Assembly: GCF_006345805.1 (NCBI RefSeq) | Contig: NC_043001.1 | Coordinates: 78,182,001 to 78,246,000 of the forward strand | DNA: 64,000 nt | Direction: 5' to 3' | DNA from: Octopus sinensis | Lineage: Eukaryota | Shown: in pieces, positions 1-14,070 of the stretch | Layout of the letters: each line of letters opens with the position of its first letter | How positions within the stretch are numbered: position 1 is the stretch's first letter | The notes under the pieces: generated by a model | What the model was told of the DNA's origin: nothing | Seen by the model: the letters and a program-made list of their open reading frames with translations, nothing else | Databases searched by the model: none | Made by a program: the position numbers and the translations under genes

Positions 1-234
1 TATATATATACATATATATATACATATGTATATACATATATATATTTATGTATAAATAGATATATACATATACTTATGTGTATATATAATATATAGATTT
101 ACATAGGCATATGTACGTGTTGTCTTTCAAAAACACGTACATATTTGTACATATAAACCTATGTACATATATGTGTGTGTGAGCTTGTAGATGCTTGTGT
201 GCGTCTGTATAGATACCAACACACTGACTTGAGT

Positions 235-301
<67 letters not shown>

Positions 302-920
302 AGATATATAATACATACATGGACGAATAAATGCGTAGATGACGATAATGTAATCGTTTTCACACTTTAGCCGACACCATATTTCTTGCTACACAATAAA
401 ATATACGCAAAAAAAAAAAACGTAAGCAATGAGAAAAATGCAACATAAAAAGCAATGATAACGTACTTAATATATAATATTGCAGTTCACGAAATTCCGC
501 TGAATAGGTGGCAGGAATAGTTCAAAAGCTAATCCATCGCCAACTTCACAGGTCACTCTAGTGAACAGGATGAATAGACATGTGTCAAAAAGTAGCTCGC
601 GGAACTTATATAATTTGGTGGGATCAGAAATAGTAAGACTTGGAGATAGCGATCTCATTCGTGAATTTCAGATACGTCCGTTGTCGAGGATTTCTCTTTC
701 TCTTTCTCTTTATATCTCTCTCATTCTCTCTCTCTCTATCTCTCCCTCTCTATCTCTCTCTCTCTCTCTCTTTCTCTCTCACTCTCTGTATGCACACGCA
801 CACACACACGTAAGTACATATACATATAAATATATGTATGTAAATATGTTAATATATATGTGTATATATATATACATATATAATAATAATATATATATAC
901 ATATACATATATACATACAT

Positions 921-961
<41 letters not shown>

Positions 962-1571
962 CATATATATATATACATACATATATACATATATAAATAT
1001 ATATGCATATATAGATATGTACAATGATATTCATATATACTTAGGTATAAATATTTGCATAGGTATATATATGAACATATCTATTTATGTCTCTCTCTCT
1101 ATCTATCAATATATATATATATAATATATATATATTATATATATATATATATATACATATATAATAATATATATACATATATATATATATACATACTATA
1201 TATATATATATATAGTATATAATATATATATATATATATTATAATTATTATTATTATTTATATTATATTATATATACATACACACATATATATATATGGA
1301 TATTATTATATACATGTAAACATAAATAAATGCATGCACACGCATACATATGTGTGTACTATATATATAGGCACACGCACGCATCGACAGAAGGTGATAG
1401 AGAGAGGCGGAGTCAGACACAAATGATGAGACATACTGTGAGGCAAGCGAAGAGACAGAGATGGTGAGGAGAGAGCAGAGACGTAGATGAAAATACAAAA
1501 AACAAAAAAAGAAAGAAACTTAAGAAAGAAATTGAGAAAGGACAAACGACAAAATAAAAAGAAGAGTGTGA

Positions 1572-1650
1572 TCAATAATGTTTCCGTGTTCCATGGTATG
1601 TATTCATCGATATCGTCTTTGATTCGTTGCTCTCTTTGGTAATCCGGCAA
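1572..1650 (-). CDS. Candidate terminal coding exon, unidentified (xCRITKESNESKTISMNTYHGTRKHY*)
   Basis: A long T-rich tract ending tttcctttatacag precedes non-repetitive sequence. The phase-2 reading gives 26 codons to TGA, followed by T-rich UTR-like sequence. No homology recognised. Confidence 0.15.
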
Positions 1651-1875
1651 CTGTATAAAGGAAACAGCACGGAAAATCCCCCGAAAGAAAAAAGGAAAAC
1701 AAAAACAAAAAATAAGGAACACATAAGAACGGCAGGGGAACCGTAAGCATGAAGAAGACAATAATAACAAAAGCGAGGATGACGACGACAGCATGACGAA
1801 GAAGAACACACAAAAATAAAATGCAGGTTGTAAGTCAGTTAGATAACATATAATACAAGGGCAGCATAACATCAG

Positions 1876-1922
<47 letters not shown>

Positions 1923-1961
1923 GTATATATATATACATACATGCATATATATATATACATG

Positions 1962-2011
<50 letters not shown>

Positions 2012-3489
2012 ATATATATTATGTATCCATGTGTACACGTATAAATGTATATATGTATACACACACATGTATATATATCATATACATATGAAAAAACATA
2101 TCATATATATACACGTGTATATATTGATATAAATGTATAAAATCTTGTAAAAGTAGCACGACATTATGCATATATGCACACATGCATATACATTGTTATG
2201 TGTATATAAATACTTATACTTACGTATATATATATATAATATATATATATATATATACTATGCATGTATATATATATATATATATGTATTATATATCTAT
2301 AAGTGTATGTATATGTGTATATATATATATATATATTATATATATATATATATATGAAATATACCTTCATATACAAGACAGTTATCTATGCAAAAGTAAA
2401 TATGAAGTTTGTTTGAACGCAAAAGCAGAAATATAAAACAAAATATATGGCGGAATAGAAAGAATAAGGAAGTCAGCGATGTATCTCAAACAACAGGCTG
2501 CAAATACTCATAGTTTCCAAACTAAAAAAGAAATAAAGGAGAAAGCGAAAACATAAAATGAAAATATAAGGAATAAATACGTAAATGAATATATCTAGGA
2601 TTAAAAAGAAAATCAAAAAAAAAATCATAGTAGGAATAGAAGGCGAGAAAGTTGACTGTAGGTGCTGTAGGGTTCATGTAAGGTATCCGTATTAGCTGTT
2701 GCCACCTGTTTATTAAAACGGAAAAGAGCAATAAAAGATTATGTGCTAGTTGAACACGCATTCATTTTTCATATTGTTGCTGTCATTATTATTATTATTA
2801 TCATCATTATTGTTGTTGTTGTTGCAGTAGTTATTATTTGTTGCGTTTTGTTGTTGGTGTTTTTGTCATCGCTGTTGTTGCTATTTATGGCGATGTGTTT
2901 GTTTTCCCCTTTATGCTTGTATTTGAATGCTCATATACACCATAACTCCATATGAGAAGCTATTTTTATATATGGGTGACACTGTAGACAAACACTAAGC
3001 CATGAAATCATTCATATACATATATATATATGTGTGTGTACTCTCTCTCTCTCTCTCACACACACACATATATATTTATATGTATATGCGTACATACATT
3101 CATCTCTCTCTCCTCCGTCTCTGTTTCTCTACGCATATATGAATATGAATGTGTCTCTATGTTTGTAGCTTTGTGTCTCAGTAGCTGTCCTTATATTTTA
3201 TATGGTAATGCTGCATGTTCTGTCCATATTCTTTTATTTAATATTTTGACTTGTCTTCGCCAGTCAGTCAAACGACATTTTAATGTCAAACACATAAACT
3301 ACAGCATAATATGTTTGTTTCCGGTCACGATCTACAAAGGTGCGCTTAGAGATAGGTTTTCTGTAGGGTTTATTTCCATAAGCGTGTTGTTTGTATTCCA
3401 TTCTCCCTCTGTGCGCTGGTGTCTGTCTGTCCGTGTTTGTTTCATATATGTAAGTATATATGTACATACATATATACTTACATACGCAA

Positions 3490-3529
<40 letters not shown>

Positions 3530-4386
3530 GTATATATATATTATATATATATATACATATAAATATACGTATATGTATGCAATTATACAATTATGAATGC
3601 ATATGTATATATAAATACACACACATGCATACATACATATACACGAATATACAAAAACCATCCACACACACACACAAACACAGGCGCTCGCGCGCACACA
3701 GAGTCACGCACACATATATATAAATATATAATAAATATACATACACATGCCTACACACATGTAGATATTACATACATACATAAACACACACACACATACA
3801 CACACATACATATATATATATATACACACAATGTTAAAATTAATAGTACTACCCTCAGAATTATATGTTAATACGAATTTATCAAATTATCAATATGATT
3901 GAAATTCTACCTTATATATACTGAAAGAAGCCCGTTGTAAATATATATACATGTGTGTGTGTGTGTGTGAGTGCCCATTATCCTCTCAAATTAAACCAAA
4001 ATCTCAGACAATAATAATTAATATCGTATTTACCGTCTGTGAAAATTATAGAATATAAAACAACTTTGATAAAAACTTATACCCACTTTTCTGACGAAAA
4101 CAATGCCGTTCTGAAAATTTTGGCCGCAACTGTATATCAGAAATGTTTTATGACAACAGAACATCCGACTCTCGCTGGTACGAATGAAGTCCCAAAATGG
4201 AAAGACATTCGATGCATTGCCTTAGTCAATTGTACAACGCATGTCATGTCCAGTGAAGATGTGGTTTTGAGTCCAACGGTCAGCCTTCCACATCTTTGTA
4301 TCAAAATGATTTTTCAACGAAATATTTGCATGTTGTTGTTCATAGCTGACTGTGATGTACTTCGAGAAATATTACTCCAATAGAGA

Positions 4387-4446
<60 letters not shown>

Positions 4447-4463
4447 CTATCTATCTATCTATC
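4387..4463. repeat. (TCTA)n tetranucleotide microsatellite
   Basis: Direct tandem repeat. Confidence 0.95.
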
Positions 4464-5281
4464 TACGCCCACGTAAACACAGACTCACACAGACACATAT
4501 ACATATACAGAATACATGTATTTTCTTACGCAAATTGTTAACAAGTACTAATATTTCAAATTGCGCGTTTGAACAATTCTGAATATCTTCAAACACAAAA
4601 ATATTGCATGCCTTGTTAACCTACATTGTTGAGCAGGTAAGAGGTCACTTCCAAGAAACCAAATGTCAGAGTTCGATCCGAGACCGTGGCACATTAGTTG
4701 GATATCTGTGTTGTTCAGAACTTGGGGAAAAATCTAGAAGTTTGGTTGATGGAAACAATATAGATGTCTGTAGGATGTTTTGTCATGGCATGACGCTGGT
4801 TATGTTTCGGAATTATTACATTATTAAGTATATTTGAAGAATACTCACACAATTCGTATGTGATTTCCATGTATATGTCGAGCAGTCACTGTATCGGCCT
4901 ATGTGTAAATATAATTCATCACACACACACACACATCTATTTACATGTATATGTGTGCTTGTGTTTATTATAGCACTGCTTGTATAGGTACCATACAGGT
5001 TACATATTTTATACCTTGATACTCTGTGGGTGGATATTCCTGTAGGCAGGCCCGTGATACTGAATCATAAACCAAGCATTTACGGTATACAGATTAGTAT
5101 CTCCAAGTAGTTACTGAAGTTTTTTAGTATTTTAAGAGATTGGTTGCTTGTTTCTCCGGTATTGTTCAATTTCACGTATACGGTTTTGATGAGAACACAA
5201 AAAGATTATAAAATCGATTAAAGTTGTTCATATATATTTTTTCAATCTGCGAAAAAAAGCAAAATTCGCCCTGTATATATA

Positions 5282-5598
5282 GGTACAATGAGTTGTTGTT
5301 TGTTCCTTCTCGAGCCATTCCTGGCCCGTACGGCCCGGTTTCCCGGTTTCAGTGGCGTATAGGTTCCCCACCTGGACGGGACGCCGGTCTGTCGCAGGTG
5401 AACTGCTAGATGCAGGATGAAAGAATGAGAGAAAGTTGTGGCAAAAGAGTCAGCAGAAGTTCGCCATTACCTTCTGCTGGAGCCGTGTGAAGCTTAGGTG
5501 TTTCGCTTATAAACACACACACGCCTGTTATGAGATTCGAACCCGCGATCCCTCGAACGCGACGCCGGTGTTCTAACGACTAGGCCATGTGCCTCCAC
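5282..5598 (-). mobile_element. tRNA-derived SINE, family A
   Basis: The reverse complement begins GTGGAGGCACATGGCCTAGTCGTTAG...GGTTCGAATC (A/B-box-like) and ends GAAGGAACAAACAACAAC. Homologous copies lie at 51841-52136 and 53165-53462. Confidence 0.85.
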
Positions 5599-5924
5599 CT
5601 ACGTACTATGCAGGGTACATATATCATACAATGGTACACTTTAGACTGAGATACACCTTGACATGCATCTGATATTTAAAAATACACCTGTGGTATACAA
5701 ATTAATAACTCCGGTTTTCTGCAGCTACTGTAGCTTTTAACTATGTACAATGATTGACTGCTCGTTCAACTAGCGATGGTCAAATTCATGTCGACTTAGC
5801 TGAGGAGAATCCAGTTATATTCATCTGTCGCTTAAAGATGTACAATATTTTTTATCATGCTAGCTACAAACATTAGCCATGTTTATATACGTAATACATA
5901 CGTAACATAATGTACAAATGGCAT

Positions 5925-6189
5925 TTACGTCATTTACCTGTTCCAATCATCTGGCTTTAGTCTAGCAGATCGACCCAATACTTATTTGTAAGACTTGTAC
6001 TTATTCTATCGGCCTCTTTGGCCGGACCGCCAGGTTACGGTGAAGTAAACGCACCAACATCTGTTGCCAAGAGATGGGTGGGGGCAAGAACAGACACACA
6101 CTCACATACATACATGCATACATTATATATATATATAATACACTTTATACATACATATATAGGCACGGAGACTGAAAAAAATGCAAGTC

Positions 6190-6223
<34 letters not shown>

Positions 6224-6390
6224 GACTTGCATTTTTTTCAGTCTCCGTCTATTAAATCCACTCACAAAGTTTAGATAGGTCCGAGGCTATAGTAGAAGAT
6301 ACTTGCCCAAGGTTCCTCGCAGTGGAAATGAGCCCAGAACCATTTATTTGGAAAGCAAGCTTCTTACCACACAGCTACGCAGCGCTATAT
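5925..6390 (-). mobile_element. tRNA-derived SINE, family B (internal TA/CA microsatellite)
   Basis: Shares head (GCGTAGCTGTGTGGTAAGAAGCTTGCTT on minus) and body with the well-preserved copy at 62665-63075. Confidence 0.85.
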
Positions 6391-8189
6391 ATATATATAT
6401 ATATATACATAAAGAAATATATAAACATATATATTCATATTTAGGTTGTATGAGTGGACTCGGACGTGAGATGACCTTACGCTGTGTTCCTGCATGAAAG
6501 CAAAAGAATCCGCAATCAATAATTTAGCTTTTAGATTGATCTTTTACTTTATTTACTTCCATTTTCAAATTCTTCACTGACTTTCTGCAACTACTTCCAC
6601 CACTACCACTACCACTATCTCCTCCTCCACCCTCCTCCTCCACCCTACCACCACCTCCAGCATCACCATCACAGGAAATATGAATTATCGACAATATGAA
6701 ATTATTCAAAAATCTTTGCCTATATATGTATATGTACACCCACACTCTCTCACACACATGTACATACGTACATAAATGTGTGTGTGTTTGTGTGTATATA
6801 TGTGCGTGTTTGTGTGTATGTGTGTGTGTGTTTGTGTGTATGTATGTGCGTGTTTGTGTGTATGTGTGTGTGTGTTTGTGTGTATGCGTGAGTGCGTTTG
6901 TTGAAATACTTTCTCTTTGAAAAAGTGAAATGTCAAATTATTCAAGGTGTATGACAACCTGAAGTAAAAACCAAATTGTATTCATTATTACGAAATTATA
7001 CTGAGTATCAACAGTTTAAGTCAGTTTTTATTTCCGGTTGAAATAAAAGAGAAACGTATGATTTATGTGTAATCAAATCTTAGAGCTACGTGACTGTTAC
7101 AAGACGACTTATCAAATTGGAACACGTTGTAATGCTATACATATGTGTTTATACGAAATTTTACTCATCAGCAATCAGATTTTTTTTTACCATAAGAAGA
7201 ATATTTGAAGATCTCCAATACCGGAAGAAATGATAGTTCTCTGACGCCGACCCCACCTCCATGAGTAACAATCACAACCATTGTAGCCACAAATATTTCT
7301 TTCTTTCTCCCGCCCCCCTCTCCTCTCTTTCTCTCTTTCTCTCTCCATCTCTCCCCGCTTATCATTTATCATCATCAATGTCACCTCAGCGAACATTCCT
7401 AAAATCACATCCAACAGGCTCGTGCTCCAAGTTATCTCCCTCTCCAGACAATGTCCTTTCATATATTTTTCTATAATTCATCCCTAAATTAACTCATTCA
7501 TTCATTTTGTTCACTCTTTACATAGTTCTTTCGTTAATTAATTTTTTTTTATTTCATTAGTTCAATAACTTCATTAATTGCCTCCTTTCTTCATTTGATT
7601 TTTCTTATTTATTGATAAATATTGTTCATATTACTTTATCTATTCCCTTTTTGCTTATTCGTACCCGTTTTGCTTATTCGTCTATCAATTCAATAGTTTA
7701 TCTTTCATATCTTTTAGTTCTTCTTCGCTAACTGTTACGTTTCATTCAGTCAAGCATTCCTTCGTTATGCTTTCCTTACATTTGCTTTCTAACCAGCCCC
7801 CAACTAATTTCCTTCAAAAATTTATCTGTTTCCCGTCATAAATTGGATATGTAGGCTACTCAAAAATATCTCACCGAGTGACGTTCGTGCACTGCAAAGT
7901 TACGGGTTTCACTTTGTCTAGGCATAACACCCTTTCAACCACCCTTCCAGGAATACGGGGAAGTCATAGGACTGCAGCATGTTAGATTGTCAAGATGTAG
8001 CAGAAGCGCTCACTTGAGTCAACGGTGCTTCTTATATTTGATGCTTAGATTAACGGTCAGAATCATTAGGCTCTATCGATAAAGTAACTGCAGCTCAAGC
8101 ATATGGGTGGCGTCCATGGTTGTGTAATCAGCTAATGAAAAATTCCTAATGTCCTAAGCTCCAGATTCAAATTCATAATAATATTTTCT

Positions 8190-8396
8190 ACTATAGAAAC
8201 AAGGCCTCAAAATTTTGAGGGAAGGAGCAAGTCGATTACATCGACCTCAGTACTTAACTGGTAATTAATTTATCGGCTCCGAGAGTATGAAAAGCAAAGT
8301 CAACCTCGGCGAAATTTGTACTCAGAACGTAGCGGCAGACGAAATAACGCTAAACCTTTCGCCCGGCAGGCTAACGGTTCTACCAGCGCGCCGCTC
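8190..8396 (-). mobile_element. SINE, family N (Nin/Deu-domain-like core)
   Basis: Reverse complement matches the copy at 49499-49700 (GCTGGCAGAACCGTTAGCACGCCGGGCGAAA head; CTTTCATCCTTTCGGGGTCGATAAA core). Confidence 0.8.
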
Positions 8397-8539
8397 TCAA
8401 GTTCATAATAAAGGAACTGGATTGCAACTGAAATTCATAGGAAACGGCGAAAGCAGCAAAATAAATAAATAAGTAATGATTACATGTGATAACTGGTACG
8501 GAAACTGAATTGTCGGTAAGAAATTTGGCTTTATTTTTT

Positions 8540-8920
8540 AGCAACCATTCCGTTTCTTGAATCGAATGCTGGGACTAGGGCATTAATGTGACAGCATCTG
8601 CAATTCTAAAATTGAATACAGCCTCATGCTTTCCATTACTCGCAGGTACACTCCCAAAGATACTTCAACTTCTCCAGTTGCCTCAGTATTGTTCTAGAAG
8701 CAAGCATTAGGTGCTGGAATAATTTGGTTGAGCTAACCAATGTCTTCGTTTCCAAAACACTTAGTCTCCTTCGTACTTTCTAACAGTTGTAACCCTTTCA
8801 GTGCATGCTGGAAATCACCGTTCGATATCCAAAGCAGCACCAGGTTGTCTGCAAGTATCAACCGAACGATTCTACACACACTGATTTTCTTATCATTACC
8901 CATCATTAAATCATTCATTT
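8540..8920 (-). mobile_element. Decayed LINE reverse transcriptase fragment
   Basis: Minus translation LILADNLVLL...DFQHAL resembles the RT motif LLFADDLVLL...DLQHAL; stops and frameshifts follow. Confidence 0.65.
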
Positions 8921-9739
8921 CCAACGGTTTATAAATTTATTCATTCGTTCCGTAATTCATTCATTCAGTCAGTCATATTTTTTATTTTTGTCTTCTAAAA
9001 GGGGCATTTTCATATTTATTCTTCGAATTCACTTCATTCTCTCATTTCCTAAAGTACATTCATTACCATCTTTTTCCAACTCACTCGTTCGCTTCTTCAA
9101 TCACCCACTCATTATTTCATTCATGCTTTCGTTCGTTTGTCATTCCTTGTTTTGTACGTTTATTTTAGCCCTCCCTCTGCTTCTGTCCCTATCCGTCCCA
9201 GTTTCTCTCTCCCCCTCTCTCTACCCTACTGTACAACTCTATCGTTCTCACTCCCTCTCTCTCCCTTTCTCCCTTATCTCTCTCTTTCTCCCTCTCCCTC
9301 TCTCTTCATCGCTCTCTTTCTCTCCCTATGTTAATACTTTGTCATGTGTTTATTTCTGTCCTCAGTTAATATCCTGTGCTTTGCAAAAGTGGATTTTTTC
9401 ATATTTATTTATTTGCTTATTTATTCTTTCATATATTTATTTATTTGTGTATTTATTTATTTATTTATTTATTTATATTTTCTGTCAATTTTTTTTCTTT
9501 TCTCTTTCTTTTCATGGCGTGCAGCTTTGCCATATTTATTGCTTCACTTATATTCATACACGCAATTCATGTGTGCTGCCACACAAATACAATGGAACAC
9601 ATAGACACACATGCTTATGCACACAAATATCCGTTCTTACACGTATATATATATATAGATATATACATACAATGTATGTATGTATCATATATGCAATGAA
9701 AGCACACACATACATACACACACGCATACACACACATAA

Positions 9740-9783
<44 letters not shown>

Positions 9784-9969
9784 TATATATATATACTGAT
9801 ATATATAGATAGATAGATAGATATACGGGCTACATAAATACATTTATAAGTAGAAGTATGTGAAATATGCTTGCATATGATATCCGTTTCTGTGCATCAT
9901 TTAATATACAACAGTATATATACATATACATATACACACACACACACATATATATATATATTATATATA

Positions 9970-10010
<41 letters not shown>

Positions 10011-10264
10011 TACATATACATACAAACGTATATATATGTATTTCTGTATGTATGTATTCCTGTGGATGTGCGTGCGTGCTAACTGCATATTTGCGTCGTT
10101 GTTCCTTGCTGTGTACTGTGTATAACATTTCTGAATAATAAATTCATTGTACCTCCATGAATCACGGTATACGAAAGCCGACAAATTTCTATGTGAAATC
10201 CTGCATATGTATACCCGAATGATTGTCACGTTTACACACGCTCGTATTCAAGTATATATATATA

Positions 10265-10334
<70 letters not shown>

Positions 10335-12309
10335 ATATGTATATATGTTTTTATAAATAATGTATTGCATAAGATTGTTTGTTACGACACAAAACGAGTG
10401 TAATTTGGAATGTAAAAATTGAATGCATCAGAAGAAACATCAGGGGCAAAAAATATAAATATATAAATATACATAGTAAATGATGAATCGATGAAAAAGG
10501 GGGAAAATATTATTGTATTATAGCAAAAATAAATAAGTGAATACACTGTATGATGTAAAAAATACAATATATGATCTAAAATATATAATATACAATGGAA
10601 AAAAAAATGTATTATAGAATCGAAATATACAATATAGAATCTAAAAAGACTAAAACGAATATACAAATATATATATAAATTTTTGCTTTTTATGAAAATA
10701 TATCTTCGTGGGTAAATAAATATTTTAAAAAGAACATATTCTCATGGTAGATTCCTTGATAGTTCTCGAAATAATGTATTGTTATGAGTGGGAATCCAAT
10801 GTTTGTGTGATGTAACAGTCAAATTGACTATTAGCACGCTAAACAACTAATCCAGCAACGCAAGCCAAATAACTTACCAATGGGTACAATAAAGGCAATA
10901 TCTGCTAGAAATAACAGCTAAATCTTCTGAAAATGTTTACTCTATTTTCTAAGAGAAAATAAACGGATATTTTGTATCATGTTAATCTATTTCAATATTT
11001 TGCTGTGGCTAGCGTCGAGCGTGATCAGCTCGTATTTTGACAAGGAAACGAACGCTGACACAATCATTTCAGGGTTGACTTTCTTGCAGTGATGATATCC
11101 CAAAAGCTAGAATTGCATCATTTTCGCTAGAGGGCACCTTGAAATGACTGTTGGTGTTTTACAACGCCTATTGCATCGAGAGAGACGCTTTCTCTATGGC
11201 TAGATTTCTTGTGAAAACGTGTAAACATGTCCCAAACATATTTAAATTGCTCTACATATTTGCTTACACTCAAGATTGCTTTCGCCTGCCTTTGTTAAAT
11301 GTTGTACCTTATTCTAGCTCGGCAAAAAAACTGTTACAACGAATGCATATAGTACTACTCGATCAGATAATTTGGCATTAACGAACATTGACAATTGCTA
11401 TTTCCACCAAACATAATTAGCTGTTAGTTCTAGAAAACAAATTGAGCTCATAAATGCACCAAACAATATATATAATACTCCACTGCTGGTTTTAAAATGG
11501 AGGTATATCCCTTCTTAGAATGGAGGTGTATCCGACGATACTAGTCACTGGTCATTTCAGTATCACACTGAAATGACTTGCAACTAGTATCGGCTTTTTA
11601 AAAATGTTCGATCTGTGTTGTCATCGTGGTCATTTTATATTACCCTTTATTCGAGCGGAAATAGTTCAGGTGCAAATTCTAGAATTTACGATTCTGTAAT
11701 TTTTTCTTTTTGCTCATGATGAAGATTTGGGATTTGAATAAGTGTTGGATCTTGACTTTTAGACTGAGGATCAATACAAGAATAATGTCCGATTTCCAGA
11801 TTATAAAGTGCCGTATTCAGAGATTGTCCATACGTCGAGAGCTTGAGATACACGTCTATCAAAATATAGAAATAGAAGTAAATTGTTCTTCGGATTTTGA
11901 ATAGTTTGTCATTTTATATTTTATTTACGTGAAGTGTTCAGTAGCACATCCCCTTACACCTCCATTCTGTAGAATAGTGGAAGAGAATCCTTGAAAAAGA
12001 AAATAAGAGGAACGAAAGGGTGTGATAGGCAAACACACACGTGGTATTTATCGAATCACCACCAAGGTATCATACCTTAAACAGGCTCGCCGGAATATAA
12101 TAGGAAATAAGACTTGTACAACAAGGAAGTTGCAGCAGAGCTGCGTGAGATGTGAGACGCACATTGCGTTTTCCGTTTTCTGAATCCATTGCATATATGC
12201 GCATTACGTGTTCATACTTTTCTTTCTGGTTACTACTCAAAACTGTTTTACAAGTCATAACCATCTTACAGAACTGCGGTCGTGAGGAGTGCTTCGCGTT
12301 CTGATGGTT

Positions 12310-12570
12310 GAGAAGGGTAGGAGAGTCCAGTTTGCTGGACGTTGTTGTGAAGCTGGAAACGAGGCAATATCTACTCTTCTCCTCTGGAAGCCATCTACTC
12401 GCAATACCAGAGGGCGCACGCTCTCCTAGACTGATGTGGTCTCCATGGATGCATGCATCTGGCAACTGGACCTCCGTAATGATATGATGGACCGTGAAGT
12501 CTGGCGTAGCATAGTAAATTCCATTGCCTCGACCACGGTCGAACAATGATGATGATGATGATGATGATGG
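12310..12570 (+). mobile_element. RTE-clade LINE 3' end with (GAT)n tail
   Basis: Translates KGRRVQFAGRC...LLLWKP...RGRTL* then DLRNDMMDREVWRSIVNSI..TTVEQ*, like the RTE C-terminal RRLxFAGH / LLWxP / MxDRxxW motifs, followed by a GAT repeat. Confidence 0.8.
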
Positions 12571-13729
12571 TTGTGAAACAATTATAATTTAACTTTATCA
12601 AATTTCTTGGTGCTTATATAAAATTATGAAATGAATACTATTTTTCGAAATAATAATATTTGCTACCATCCAAACACCCACCTGTTCATTTATCCATCCA
12701 TCCCTCTTGTCCATCCGTCGGGGGTAAATTCCTTAGGCACCTCCCCCATAGGGGACTGTCAGAAGCAACACTCATTAAATTTGCTGGTTGAATACTAAAG
12801 CGCGGCTAACTGAAACGAAATGACTGGCTATTATCTAATCATTTCGTTCTTGCTCTATTGCTAGATCTCCTTCCCATTGATTTGACTTGGAGATTCCGGC
12901 TTGTGGTTTGTCCTTGCAACATTCTGATCACATGTTCGTAGGGCTGGAACTATGACATTTCAATGCATGGAAGTAGCGGCTCGACCTGGACAGTCTCCTT
13001 TACGCTATCGTGTAATGTCACTCTAGATATGATTCGGAGGAACACCTTTTTTATGCTTGTTTTAACGATCATTACGCAACTTTCCTGAGCTGAGGTGACG
13101 AAGGCCACGAAAACAGAATCGTTGATAGCATGTTGGGATTTTTTCCCCAATCTGTTCGTATTACTCCTCCCATAACTTCTGTATCATTTACCTCCTCTCT
13201 TTCTCTTGACAACAAGATTAGTATGTACACTCATCCTGCATTTCTATGTTAACTCCATTTGCATCACTTTCTTTTATTTCTTCTTCCCCTTTCTTTTAAT
13301 AACCAACCAACTCACCAGCCGATCGACCGACGAACCAAGCATCACAAGCCGACCTAACCATCCTTTCCAGCGATCATAATATGAAGACTTCATAAAACTG
13401 TTCATAAATTAGATTTTTTCTGGAAACACCCCTGTCAACAAATCACTGGAAAGTTTCTACTAAATGCCAATGATTCAAAATTACTTCTACAGAGAACTAT
13501 TTTCTTTCTCCACAAAGCATAATTTTCCATAGAAATGTCGCCGTATATAAGGATTTCAAGAAGAAGCAGCACTACGAGAAAATTCTCCAAAATTCTGTTA
13601 CTTTAGTGGGAAAACAAAGGAGGATGAAGTTTTTTAAATATGACTTAGATGAATAAATTGTCGTATTATAACAAAAATAAAAACAATAAAACAAAACAAA
13701 TATGTACTTGACGCAATGTCGATGTTGAA

Positions 13730-14070
13730 AACAGTTACTATGAAGTCTTTTACTGACGGAGATTTTTTTTAACAGCATATTATTGATGGTCGTTGAAAAA
13801 TAAAGCAAAACAATATATTTCAGAAATGTCAGTCTCTCTCTAAGAACAGTTACACGGTGAATAGAAGAAATGTCAAAGGATTTGATAATTCGCTTAAAAG
13901 ACTGCTGCAAAAAATTTCCAATTCTTCTAAATAGCTCTTGATGAGAGGAGTGATACTAAAGATAAAGCTCAATTTGTAGTGTTTGTGAGTGCAGTAATTG
14001 CAGCTATTGACATTGTTGAGGAGTTTATTCAGCTGGTATCTCTCAAAAGAACAACTACATGAGCAGTCAA
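13730..14070 (+). mobile_element. hAT (Charlie/Buster/GTF2IRD2-like) transposase fragment
   Basis: Pieces KSFTDGDF, VSLSLRTVTR*IEEMS, ALDERSDTKDKAQFVVFV and EEFIQLVSLKRTTT match SLSRRTVTRRIEEM / ALDESTD..DTAQL / SLKGTTTG. Disrupted. Confidence 0.8.

Noticed and set aside
74-3871. Many 60-210 aa ORFs rich in Y/I, H/T and S/L
   Set aside because: Translations of (TA)n, (CA)n and (CT)n microsatellites; no domain or splice support. The same applies to similar ORFs across the window.
4039-4383. 114-aa non-repetitive ORF (MKIIEYK...)
   Set aside because: Non-ATG start, no recognisable motif in any frame, no convincing splice sites.
5540-5598. tRNA-like A/B boxes (also at 32068, 52080 and 53170)
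   Set aside because: These are SINE heads continuing into SINE bodies; no complete cloverleaf.
8988-9812. Longest ORF in the track (274 aa)
   Set aside because: Composed of CT-, ATTT- and TA-repeat translations.
10879-10905. Minus 27-nt mini-exon DIAFIVPI with TG|GTAAGT donor
   Set aside because: Its acceptor overlaps the recurring motif ctagaaataacag (also near 50230), so it is probably repeat-derived coincidence.
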